Assembly: GCA_000388065.2 (NCBI GenBank)
Contig: KB932211.1
Length of the DNA stretch: 64,000 nucleotides
Origin: Fonticula alba ATCC 38817
Taxonomy: Eukaryota > Protista > Nucleariida
Direction: 5' to 3' (one strand)
Part shown: in pieces, positions 1 to 11,734 of the stretch
Position numbering within the stretch: the first letter of the stretch is position 1
Layout: every line of letters begins with the position of its first letter
Translations under genes and position numbers: made by a program
Notes under the pieces: generated by a model
What the model was told of the DNA's origin: nothing
Databases searched by the model: none
The model's input: only the letters and a program-made list of their open reading frames with translations

Positions 1-600
1 CTCCCTCTCACAGGGAGGAGGGGGTTGTTGGGGGGGGGAGGGACTTGCCCATGCGGGGGGGGTTTTAATCGGGGGGCTTTAATCGGCTATTTTGGGCCTT
101 CCTCGAAGAGGGAGAGAGGGGGGGGGGGGCACCTCAGGAACATGGAGCACGGGACCCTGAGACGCGCGCCGCGGCTCTCCCCCTCCCCTCGCGGGCCGTG
201 TGCCCTGCATGGGGCTTCTTTTTTCTTTTTAGAGATGTGGGTATATGCGTGCGCGCGGGCAGAGCAGACGAGGAGAAGCGCGAGCAGGGCCAGGGGGGCG
301 GGAGTGGGGCCTGGGACGGCGGTGCACACGGCACACGATCACGGAGGGGTCTAGGGGGAGGCAGCAGAGAGAGAGAGAGAGAGGGGGGGGGGGAGAGAGG
401 GAGGGAGGAAGCACGTGGCATACACACCGACACACCGCAGTCGTCTTCCGTATGGCCGGCTGTCCTCGCCCCCCGCGGCCCCCTCTCCCCCCGGGGAATC
501 GGGTGGCTGTCTCGCCTCCGCTCAACCGGGCACGCGCACGCCCTGCCCGCCTGCCCGCCCGCCCGCCCGCCCGCCACGACTCACTGCGCGCACCGGCTGC

Positions 601-3282
601 TTAGTCCTCCTTCTTGACGCGGCGGCGAGGGGCACCGGTGGCGGCGGCGGCCGGGCGGCCACGCCGAGCAGGGGCCTTGCTGGTGGCGGCATTGCCACTG
701 ACCAGGGCCAGGCGCTGGCGCTCAAGCAGGTCCACATGCTCGGCCTCGCGGGCGGCCTCCAGGCGAAGGATCTCCGCCCGCAGGGCAGTCAGATCATCGC
801 GCCACAGGTCGGTCGGGTCGCGCGCGGCCAGCGAATCCACCTCGAGGGTCTTCTGCTCGCGCTGGCGAATCAGCTCCTCGGCGCGCTCCTTGGTCATGGA
901 CCGCATGGACATGTTCAGCAGATAGTCGAAGGTCAGGTTGGGATTGGTGCCGAGGGCCTGGCTGGCATTCCGGGCATCGATCTCCTCCTGGGTCTCCTCC
1001 TCCGGGCCGTCGACCCCGGCCACGGTGATGCCGCTGCTGGCGGCGGCGCCGTCGGCCGCGGCATCGGGAATCCGAGACTTGGCGCCGGCGGTCCCGACGC
1101 CACGCGGCATCGGGTCGAACTTCAGCCGGTACAACTCGGCGATGATGTCCAGGATCGGGCGATTGGCCAGGCGCAGCTCGCCACTGATGACCATCTTGAT
1201 GAAGCGCGCCTTGTTGCTGAGGACCGACTGCTCGTGCATCAGGTGGCGCAGGAGGTCCTCCTTGCGCAGGACGTAATACTGCAAACGCAAGTGGTAGAAC
1301 TCCTCCAGGATGGCCAGCGGGCTGTCATACCGGCGCAGGCGGCCCTGCGCATCGAAGAGAACCATGTTCGACAGGGAAATGGTGGAGGTCAACTTAAAGC
1401 GCTTGGAGAACTCCTCGTCCGACAGGGCGGCCCCGGCCTCGGTCAAGACCACATGGAAGAGGACCGTGGTGTTGGAGTGGTGCTCGCGGATTTCCTTCAC
1501 CAGGGCCGGGCTGCCGGACTTGCGCGTGGCCCCGGAAGCGGTCTCCTTCTCGGTGAGGGTGTCCTGCATGAGGCCCTCCAGCATTTCCTTGTACGGAGTG
1601 GTCCAGGTGCCGACGGGGAGTTCGGAAATTTCCACCGTCGTCGCGTCCAGCCGCGTCACCCGGCCGGACACCCGGTACCGGTCGGGCTGGAACTTTTCGA
1701 TGGTCCCGGAGAAGCCCCGGTACCAGGGGTGCATTTCCACCGGGTCCTCCCGGCGCATCATGCGCTCCAGATTGTCGATGATGTCCAGGGGATTGAAGTT
1801 CGGCACGGAGGAGGACCACCCGGTGCCGATGCCCTCCGACCCATTGACCAGGACCATGGGCAGGACCGGCACATACCAGCGAGGCTCAATGCGAGTGCCA
1901 TCATCCTCCAGGTAGTGCAGCAGGGCGTCATCGGCCTCGTGGAAGATCAGCCGCGCGGCCGGGGCCAGCACGGTGAAAATGTAACGCGGCGAGGCGGCAT
2001 CCTTCCCGCCATTCAGACGGGTACCGAACATGCCGCGCGGCTCCAGCAGATTGACATTGTTGGACCCGACATAGTCCTGGGCCATGCCGATGATGGTCAT
2101 GGAAAGGGAAGCCTCGCCGTGCAGGTAGGCCGAATGCTCCGACACATAGCCCACCAGCTGGGCCACCTTCACCTCGCGGCGGAGATTGCGCTTGAAGCAG
2201 CAGAAGAGAATCTTCCGGTGGCCGGGCTTCAGCCCATCCACAATCGAGGGAATGGACCGGACATTGTCCGCCAGCGAGAAGAGCACCAGCTCCTTGTTGA
2301 CGAAGTCGGTGATGGAAATGTCCGACGCCGAGTGGTCCAGGAAGGTGCCCTCCTCGCAGCGGGCCAGCCAATCCTTGCGCTCATCGGCGCGGCGCTTGTT
2401 GAAGGCCATGTCGATGAGGTTGCGCTCCTCGGCCTCGCACGGCATGAAGCGCTTCCGGTGGAGGTCCAGCGCCGAGAAGTACTCCTTGGCCTCACTGGCC
2501 GAGGAGGTACCCAGACCCTTGTAGTACTTGATGGTCCAGCCGCGGGCGTTGCCGACCTCCGCGCGCCAGCGCTCATACTCCGGGATGGTGAAGAACATCT
2601 TGCTCTCCCGGCCGCGAGTGGCCTTGAGGATGGGCGTGATGAACTCCAGCAGGAACCCGGGGATGCGCAGCAGCGAGGGGAAGAAGTGGTCCAGGAAGTT
2701 GATGATCAGCCCCTTGATGTGGGACCCATCGTGGTCCTGATCGGTCATGATCATGATGTGGCCATAGCGCAGCGAGTCCACCGAGGTGTAGTCGCGGCCC
2801 TGCTGAAGCCCGATGATCTTCTTCAGCTGGGTGATCTCCTCGTTGTCCATGACCTGCTTCATGCTGGCCTCGCGGACGTTGAGGAGCTGCGATCGGGGGG
2901 GCGGGGGGGGGGGGAAGAATGCCATGGGCGCGTCAGACGACCCCGGTCAGGGCAGCAGAGGAGCGGCGGGGCGGCGGCGAGAGGGGAGGCGCACCTTGCC
3001 TCGCAGGGGGAAGACACCGTAGTAGTCGCGGCCGACGACGACCAGGCCGGACACGGCCAGGGCCTTGGCCGAGTCACCCTCCGTCAGGATGAGGGTGCAC
3101 TTGTGGGAATTGCGCGTGCCGGCCTGGTTGGCGTCGTCCAGCTTGGGGATGCCCACCAGGCGCGAGCTCTTCGAGCCGTCGGTCTTGCGCAGGGCGGTGG
3201 TCTGCCGACGGAGGTGCTGATCAAGGACATTGTCCACGATGACGGACTTGGTGACTGCACGGCGGAGGGGGATGTCAGCCGG

Positions 3283-3319
<37 letters not shown>

Positions 3320-5589
3320 GGGGTGGTGGCCATGATGGCCTGGCATATGAGACGGCCTGGCATATGCCAAGCCTGCGGGGCGGGAAAAGCGACAAAGGAG
3401 CGAAAGACCGAGGAGAGAACGCACTGCGTCCCAACATGCGCGCGGAGATGGGGGCCGTGCTGCCGAACTGCGACGCGCGGGTGGTCATGTTCTCCTTGGT
3501 CTGCGAGTCGAAGGTCGGGTTCTCGATCAGGCAGTTGACGAACACCCACAGGTGCGCGCGGATCTGGAAGGGCCGGATGGCCTTCTCCTTGTTCTTGCGA
3601 GAGACCACCTGGTTGATGGCCTCGGTCACCTGCTCGGCGATGTAGTTGACATGGGTGCCGCCCTTGTACGTGCAGATGGCATTGACGAAGGTCACCTGGT
3701 GGAACTGCCCATCCGGCGAGGGGGCCACGCAAATCTCCCACCGATCGTTGATAATCTCGTGGAACACCGGCGGCGGGGCATCGAACGGGCCCTTGACCTC
3801 GATGGCGTCGGTGGCGGCCCCGGCCGTGGCGGGGTCCTCCACCGGCTTGGGGTTCAGGTACATGTCCACATAGTCCTTGAAGGACTTGATGTGGATGCGA
3901 GTCGAGTCCAGGTAGACCTTGACCCCGCGCAGGATGCCGGCCATGTCGATGACACGCTTGCGCAGCAGGGCCACGGTGTCCTCGTCGAAGTGGGTCATGC
4001 CGAAGCGGCGGAGGTCCGGCCGGAAGGTGACCTTGGTGTACTCGCTGGTCTTGGTGGGGGACTTGCGGATGACCGGCTCGTGCTTGGTGCGCATGTTGTG
4101 CGTGAAGCGCTGGGTGTACATGAGCTGACGCTCGCGGTCGCACGTCTCGATGATGAACTCCCGCGAGAAGATGTTGGCCAGCTTGGCGCCGTAGCCGTTA
4201 CGCCCGCCGGTGGTCTTCTTCTCGTTGTCATCGAAGTTGGACCCGGTGAGCAGGTGGCCGAAGACCATCTCCGGGATGTAGACCTGTGGTGGAGGTGGTG
4301 GAGGGGAAGAAAAGATGGAGAGGAGTGAAGGACATTGAGGGATGAAGGACATTGAGGGATGAAGGATATTGAGGGGTGAAGGATATTGAGGGATGAAGGA
4401 CATCGAGGAATGAACAAGGGTCAGACGCCTGCAGAGGGAAAGAGGAGCGACGGGGGCGTAAAAGGGGGGAAAGGAAAAAAGAAGAAAGAAGCGGCCGCTG
4501 GCGCATGATATATGCTCTCGCACCTGCTCGGTCTTGTGGATCTCCACCGGCACACCGGCACCGTTGTTGTAGACCGTGATCAGGCCCTCCTTGGCGTCGA
4601 TGTTGACCTGGAGCTTGTCCATGCGCGGGTCGCGGACCTTGTTGTCGGCCGCATTGACCAGGATCTCATCGAAGATCTTGTACAGACCCGGCACGAAGCT
4701 GACAATGCGGTTCTCCAGGCGCAGGTCATCACCGGCCACCCACATGGGCTGCTGCACGGTCAGCACCGAGCCGATGTAGGAATCCGGCCGGTGCAGGACA
4801 TGATCCAAGTGCGACATCTTCTGGTACCGGGTCGAGGCATCGTCCCCGTCCAGGTCCTCCGGCAGGATCTCCTCCTCCATGTAATCATCCAGATCGGTGG
4901 GAGTGGGGATGGGCGCGTGCGAGTCCAGAGGGGCGGGCTCGTCCTCGCCGGCGCGCCGGCCCCGAGGAGCCGCACGGGCCTTCGGCGCCGAGGTCCCGGC
5001 CGCCGGAGACACCGGAGCCGTGGCCTGCTCGGCGGTCTGCTCGCCGGCGGCCTTGCGGGCGGCGGCGGCGGCGCCGGGCGGCCGGCCACGCGGGCGCGCC
5101 GGGGCCGCCGCCTTGGCCGCCCCGTCGACGGCCTTGGTCTTCTACAAGTGGGCAATCGGGCGAGCAACGCCCCGGGGCATGCACGAGGGCCGGGGGGGGG
5201 GGGAGGAAGGAGGACACGGTCAGTGCGCTGGCGAGGAGAACGGGCGGCGAAGGGGGACCCGGAATCCCGGAGCGGCGTGGGGCAAATGCCGCAGGGGGGG
5301 GAGGGGGGGGGGCACGCACCTTGGCCGGGCGCCGGGGGGCCTCCGGCTCGTCGTCATCCACGACGAAGTCCGAGTCGGAGTCGCTGGCGGTGTGGGCCGC
5401 CTCGCTGTCGCTGTCGTTGATCTGGCGGCGACCGCGGCGGCGGCCGGCCGCCGGCGCCGGGCTGGCCACGTAGTCGGTGTCACTGCTGTCGGACATCTCG
5501 CTGGCGGATGCCGACGAGTCGTCGCTGAAGCCGTCGGTGTACCGGGCGGGGGCGGCGGCCACCGTGCGGCGGCTGCGAGTGCTCGACAT
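601..5589 (-). CDS. TOP2: DNA topoisomerase II (type IIA), 5 exons: 5589-5320, 5141-4524, 4283-3425, 3254-2995, 2886-601
   Basis: GHKL ATPase motifs (YQKMSHLDHVLHRPDSYIGS, EILVNAADN, TGGRNGYGAKL), TOPRIM (LILTEGDSA, PLRGK|LLNV, MTDQDHDGSHIKG, YYKGLGTS) and catalytic tyrosine motif AASPRYIFT. Four GT-AG introns keep the frame. The start Met is 4 nt from an N-gap, so extra 5' exons cannot be excluded. Confidence 0.97.
4326..4410. repeat. 17-nt minisatellite (TGAAGGA(C/T)ATTGAGGGA) x5 in TOP2 intron 2
   Basis: Five tandem, slightly diverged copies read directly inside intron 4284-4523. Confidence 0.9.
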
Positions 5590-5593
5590 GCTG

Positions 5594-6246
5594 NNNNNNN
5601 NNNNNNNNNNNNNNNNNNNNNNNNNNNNNNNNNNNNNNNNNNNNNNNNNNNNNNNNNNNNNNNNNNNNNNNNNNNNNNNNNNNNNNNNNNNNNNNNNNNN
5701 NNNNNNNNNNNNNNNNNNNNNNNNNNNNNNNNNNNNNNNNNNNNNNNNNNNNNNNNNNNNNNNNNNNNNNNNNNNNNNNNNNNNNNNNNNNNNNNNNNNN
5801 NNNNNNNNNNNNNNNNNNNNNNNNNNNNNNNNNNNNNNNNNNNNNNNNNNNNNNNNNNNNNNNNNNNNNNNNNNNNNNNNNNNNNNNNNNNNNNNNNNNN
5901 NNNNNNNNNNNNNNNNNNNNNNNNNNNNNNNNNNNNNNNNNNNNNNNNNNNNNNNNNNNNNNNNNNNNNNNNNNNNNNNNNNNNNNNNNNNNNNNNNNNN
6001 NNNNNNNNNNNNNNNNNNNNNNNNNNNNNNNNNNNNNNNNNNNNNNNNNNNNNNNNNNNNNNNNNNNNNNNNNNNNNNNNNNNNNNNNNNNNNNNNNNNN
6101 NNNNNNNNNNNNNNNNNNNNNNNNNNNNNNNNNNNNNNNNNNNNNNNNNNNNNNNNNNNNNNNNNNNNNNNNNNNNNNNNNNNNNNNNNNNNNNNNNNNN
6201 NNNNNNNNNNNNNNNNNNNNNNNNNNNNNNNNNNNNNNNNNNNNNN
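5594..6246. other. Assembly gap (N run) directly upstream of TOP2
   Basis: Run of n. Other gaps: 7880-8775, 10383-10757, 12084-12093, 16363-16502, 28896-29146, 35329-35429, 50484-51095. Confidence 0.99.
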
Positions 6247-9228
6247 CCCCCCCCCCCTCCCCCCCAGCCGGGGTCACTGGCGGAACCGGGAAAACGGCGG
6301 TGGCGCCCGCCCTTGACCGGGGAAGCGCCCCGGCCGAAGGGACACCAGACCACCCGCACCGGCCGAGGCGGGGGGGGGGGGGGGGGGCAGGGAGCCGCTG
6401 GCCGGAGCCGAGGCAGGTTGTCTTATCTCCCCCAGTCCACCACAAGGCGGGGGCGGCACGGGAAGGGCATTCGCCCGTGCCCGGAGGCAGGACTGGACCG
6501 ACAGCCAGGCACGCTGGAGGGCCGGAAAAGGGGCCTGGCGCGGAGCCGCCCAAAGTCCACCCATTTCCCCAACCACCGCGCAGGGCGGGGGGTGGGGAGG
6601 GGCCGGGCGGGCGGGCGGGCGGGCGCGGCCGGCGCCTCGGGCTCCCTCCCCGGGGCTGGGAAAATATGAAAACGGTCACCTAACCGGCATGGGGGCTTGT
6701 GCCTGCACAGGCGCATGGACCTGACTCGGTCGAATCCTGCGCGTGGCATTCAAGATCGACCCGGCCGGCGTCCTCTCCGGCGGTTTCCTCCGCAAAGGCC
6801 CGGTCGTTCGAAGGTGCCCAGCAAGAGTCTTCCTTCCTCTCCCCCCCCCCACCCGCCCCCGCCCCAGCCCGCCGGCTGGCCGGAGGCATGGGCTAGAGAC
6901 TTGCACCTGCGTGGCTGCGCTCGCGCGTCGCCGGGCCGATCGCTTGCGCGGCAGGGTCGCACGCCCATGGGCGCGGGGTGGGCCGCCCGCGGCCCGGACA
7001 AAACGGCCGAGCTCCCCGGCCCCCGCTATCTTCCCACCCGGGCTGCCTCGCCGACGGTCCCTCTCTCGCTCTCCCTCGCTCGCGCCCTCCTGCCCGGCCC
7101 GGGGGAGCGGGCGCGCACAGCCTCCCGGGGGGGGACAACGGGGGCGTGCGGAAACCCGGCCCGCCCCCTGCCCGAGGACCGGCGGGCTGTGTGCTCTCCG
7201 CACCAGCGCCCATCCCCCTCCCCCCCCCCCTCCAGCCAGGGGGCCGGTGACGCCACTTGAGGAGGGGCGGAGGGGATGGGGGGAGGGGGGGGGGGGACGC
7301 GCAAGCAAGCCTTCCGCTCGGGCGGGGGAGCATTTTCCGCTCCGGCAGATCGGGCCCCGGGCTCCGCACGGCGGGGGAGGGGGGGCGCGCGGGAAAGCCC
7401 CACACGCCGCGGCGGCGCGCCCGCCACCAGCGCCAGCAGGCGGCATCCAAGGCGACACTCGGCACACACCCGAGGGCCGGGAGCACGGGGGGAATGATGC
7501 CGGGAAACCAGTCAACCCGGCCCCGCTTGAAGCCAGGGCTCCCCGTCCCACGGCGACCTGCCGCACCAACAGGCACACACCCCGCCGGCGCCCCCGAAGC
7601 AGCCTGCGGCCGGGCGTTTTGGGCGGGGGCGGGGGGGGGGGGGGGGGACAAGCCCACGCCCGCCGCGCCTCGGGGCCGCCGGCTTCTCTGGCCCCCCGGC
7701 CCCGGTTCTTCGGAACTTCCGCTGCTTCCTCCCCCCTCCCTCCCCGTGGTGCGCCTGGTTGGGGCATGCACCGGCCGGGGCGGAATAACAGCAGCTATAT
7801 TTTTATTTGCCCTTTTCCAAACCCGCCCCAGCTCCCCACAGAGCGCACGTCCGTACACGGGCCCCGCCCTCGCCGGCATNNNNNNNNNNNNNNNNNNNNN
7901 NNNNNNNNNNNNNNNNNNNNNNNNNNNNNNNNNNNNNNNNNNNNNNNNNNNNNNNNNNNNNNNNNNNNNNNNNNNNNNNNNNNNNNNNNNNNNNNNNNNN
8001 NNNNNNNNNNNNNNNNNNNNNNNNNNNNNNNNNNNNNNNNNNNNNNNNNNNNNNNNNNNNNNNNNNNNNNNNNNNNNNNNNNNNNNNNNNNNNNNNNNNN
8101 NNNNNNNNNNNNNNNNNNNNNNNNNNNNNNNNNNNNNNNNNNNNNNNNNNNNNNNNNNNNNNNNNNNNNNNNNNNNNNNNNNNNNNNNNNNNNNNNNNNN
8201 NNNNNNNNNNNNNNNNNNNNNNNNNNNNNNNNNNNNNNNNNNNNNNNNNNNNNNNNNNNNNNNNNNNNNNNNNNNNNNNNNNNNNNNNNNNNNNNNNNNN
8301 NNNNNNNNNNNNNNNNNNNNNNNNNNNNNNNNNNNNNNNNNNNNNNNNNNNNNNNNNNNNNNNNNNNNNNNNNNNNNNNNNNNNNNNNNNNNNNNNNNNN
8401 NNNNNNNNNNNNNNNNNNNNNNNNNNNNNNNNNNNNNNNNNNNNNNNNNNNNNNNNNNNNNNNNNNNNNNNNNNNNNNNNNNNNNNNNNNNNNNNNNNNN
8501 NNNNNNNNNNNNNNNNNNNNNNNNNNNNNNNNNNNNNNNNNNNNNNNNNNNNNNNNNNNNNNNNNNNNNNNNNNNNNNNNNNNNNNNNNNNNNNNNNNNN
8601 NNNNNNNNNNNNNNNNNNNNNNNNNNNNNNNNNNNNNNNNNNNNNNNNNNNNNNNNNNNNNNNNNNNNNNNNNNNNNNNNNNNNNNNNNNNNNNNNNNNN
8701 NNNNNNNNNNNNNNNNNNNNNNNNNNNNNNNNNNNNNNNNNNNNNNNNNNNNNNNNNNNNNNNNNNNNNNNNNNNCCCCCGCCACACCGGGCGGGCGCGA
8801 GCGCACGCCTGCGGTCCCCCCCCCCCCCACGCCCACCGGTGGCACGCCGCCCGCGAATGCCAGGACCACGTGTCCACTTTCATCACATGTGCATCATGCG
8901 CACATCGGCCCGCCCGGCGCCGAGGGGGGATTGCCGCGGCGGGGGCGGGCCGCGAAACACGCCCAAGAGCGAGGGGGTCCCATTCTTCTTGGCTTTCGCA
9001 TCACAAGGGGAGCATGCATTACACGGGAAAGCCGACGAGGAGAAGGGCACACATTCTCCCACGAGCGGCATACTTTCAGCCTTGGCACCTTGGGGGGAGG
9101 GGGGGGGGGGGCATTGTCGCGTCCTTGTCCGGTGTGGCGCGGCGTGCGCCGGCCCCTTCTCTTGCCTTCTCGTGGTGTCGGATCGCCGGGCGCCCGGGCG
9201 CCTCCTCTTCCGGTGGCCAGCCAGCGGG

Positions 9229-10382
9229 CTAGGAACTGCCTGTGCGGCCGCGCCTGGCCGGGCGCGGCCGCGGGGGCGGCAATTCCTCCGCCGGCGAGGG
9301 ATCCGCCTGCTTGGGCGCCGGCGGGGGACTCCCGGCGCGGCGCTTTTCCTGCTCAAGAGCCAGCTCGGCCAGGCGAGCGGCGGTGCCGCCGGTGCCCTCC
9401 TTCTGGTGGCGCAGCCACCGGATGTAGGTCTCAAAGGACTCGGCCGTCTCCTTGAGCCGGAGGAAGAGGCAGGCCACACAGCCGGGCCCGTCGAAGGGGC
9501 CCCACTCGGCCGGGCCCCGGGGGAAGGGACACGCACTGGACAGGGCCGCGGTGGCACCGCCGCTGGCCAGCTGGCACTCACACAGCAGCTGGTTGGACAG
9601 CGGGTCCGCCCGGCGGGGCCGAGGGAAGAGGGCGGTATGCGGGCGGGCCCCGGGGCCGGGGGCCGGCGCCGCGGCCATCGCCAACTCCGGCATGTCCCGC
9701 AGGATGCCCTTCCACCGGTCGATGGCGGTGAGCAGGGCGGCTCGGGCGTCGCGCAGAGCCGCCGAGTGCCCCTGCAGCAGGCGCATCTCGCCGGTGCTCA
9801 GCCGGGCCCCGGGGCAGATGATCGAGTGGGCCCAGGCCGACCGGCTGAGATCCACCCGGTCCGGTATGTCCACCGGCAGCCAGGACCGCTCGGTGGGCTC
9901 CGGCGCGTCGGCCGCCGGCACCAGGCAGGTGGCCGCCAAGCTCGGGCACCGGACATCCCCCTCCTCGGCCAGCGAATAGCCGGCCAGCTGCAGGACCTTG
10001 CGCTTGCGGAGCTCCATGTGGCCGAACACGCCGACCGTCCAGATGCCCAGGTCCAGGGCCTCGCGCTCGACCAGACGCAGGAAACCTCGCGCCGTGTTGG
10101 AGGCTGGGCCGGCAGCGGTCCGGGCCGTGGGTCAGAGAATGCACATGAAAGGGGGGCGAGCACCGAGGGCCGAGGCTGGCACGCACTGTGAGACGGTGTG
10201 GCGGCCGCACCTCCGGTCGAGGCGCTGCGCCGGGACAGGTCCAGCGAGAAGTGCCCTCCCGAGGGGACATTCGAGTGTGTGGTGGTGATTGCCGGCGCAC
10301 CGGCCGGCGGCGGGGGCGGGGCCGGCGGAGCGACGAGTGGCGGGGGCGGCGGGGGCGGGGGCGGCGGGGGCGGCGGAGCGGG
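9229..10382 (-). CDS. Hypothetical protein, 5'-partial (start lost in gap 10383-10757), Pro-rich N-terminal part
   Basis: Open frame with gene-like GC3 codon use. An 83-nt GTGCGT...CAG intron (10186-10104) joins ...ATPSH to TSNTARGFLRLVEREALDLGIW... in frame. Stop at 9229. No family recognised. Confidence 0.7.
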
Positions 10383-11734
10383 NNNNNNNNNNNNNNNNNN
10401 NNNNNNNNNNNNNNNNNNNNNNNNNNNNNNNNNNNNNNNNNNNNNNNNNNNNNNNNNNNNNNNNNNNNNNNNNNNNNNNNNNNNNNNNNNNNNNNNNNNN
10501 NNNNNNNNNNNNNNNNNNNNNNNNNNNNNNNNNNNNNNNNNNNNNNNNNNNNNNNNNNNNNNNNNNNNNNNNNNNNNNNNNNNNNNNNNNNNNNNNNNNN
10601 NNNNNNNNNNNNNNNNNNNNNNNNNNNNNNNNNNNNNNNNNNNNNNNNNNNNNNNNNNNNNNNNNNNNNNNNNNNNNNNNNNNNNNNNNNNNNNNNNNNN
10701 NNNNNNNNNNNNNNNNNNNNNNNNNNNNNNNNNNNNNNNNNNNNNNNNNNNNNNNNNGGCCGAGGGAGGGGCGCTGACTGCCACGCACAGGCGCTGTGCC
10801 GGGACCCGGGGCGTGCTGGCCAAAAAATGAAGAAACGCAAAAAAGGAACACACAAAGATCGCCCCGGCCAGAGCCCCGAGCCGACCACAACAGAGACCGG
10901 ATCCCCAGGAGCTCGGGGGGACACGGCTGGAGGTCAACCAGCCGCAAACATGGCCCGCCGATTGTGGCGTACATTCAACGCCCTTCCAGGGGCTGGGAGA
11001 CGGGGGGGGAAGGGGGAGCCATCACGTCATGCCCGGGGTATGGCCCTCCTTGGCGGGAGATCCGCTGGCCGAGGCCGTGGAGGCTCGCCCGCTCCCCACC
11101 CCGGGTCTCGGGGTGTCCCCCCCCCCCTTGGCCGACCGGCGCCGCGGACCGATGCCGGGGCTGGTTCGGGCAAACTGCCTCCCCCGTGGCTGCGTCTCCT
11201 TGACCACTCCCCCCCCCCCCCAGCTCCCCCCGCTGGGGTGATGAGCGAGCAAGGGGCAGACATACCGCCGGCCGGCTGAGGCCCTGCTCCGCCCTTGCCG
11301 GGGCGCGGATGAATGCGGCCCCGTGCGGAAGGCCGTCGCCCTGGCGCCCGGCCCTCGGCCAGGCCGCAGCACGCAGGAGAAGGGGGGGGGGGGGAATGCA
11401 CGGCCCGTCTGGCATGCGCGTTCTGAGCCCCGGGATACATCTAGATGTCCAGACCGAGTGCGCGTGATACCCTCTCAGGTGCCGACTTCCCACGCTTTTG
11501 AATCCGCCCGCCCGCCCACCGAGGCCCCACCCGGTTGACCACGATCTACCCTTGATCTGGACTGTTCTCGGTCCAAAAGGCCCCGGCATGGAAGCCGGGC
11601 TGGCGCCCGAGCCCGGTGCCCGGAGGACATCCCACTCCCTCTCCCCCCTCCTCCCGCCCCCTCTTGCACCCCGACACATCCCCACCGAGACACCCCTTTG
11701 CCCCCTTGCCTGCGCGCCTCCCCCCCCCCTGAGG

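Noticed and set aside
415-3645. 1076-aa plus-strand ORF and similar long antisense ORFs (17821-20292, 43789-45225, 49005-51257, 56716-59208)
   Set aside because: They mirror real genes on the other strand. High GC at third codon positions removes antisense stops, and the translations have no recognisable domains.
4326-4410. Tandem arrays (17-mer here, 15-mer at 51719) as CRISPR-like loci
   Set aside because: The units are head-to-tail with no unique spacers, no cas genes are present, and the context is eukaryotic.
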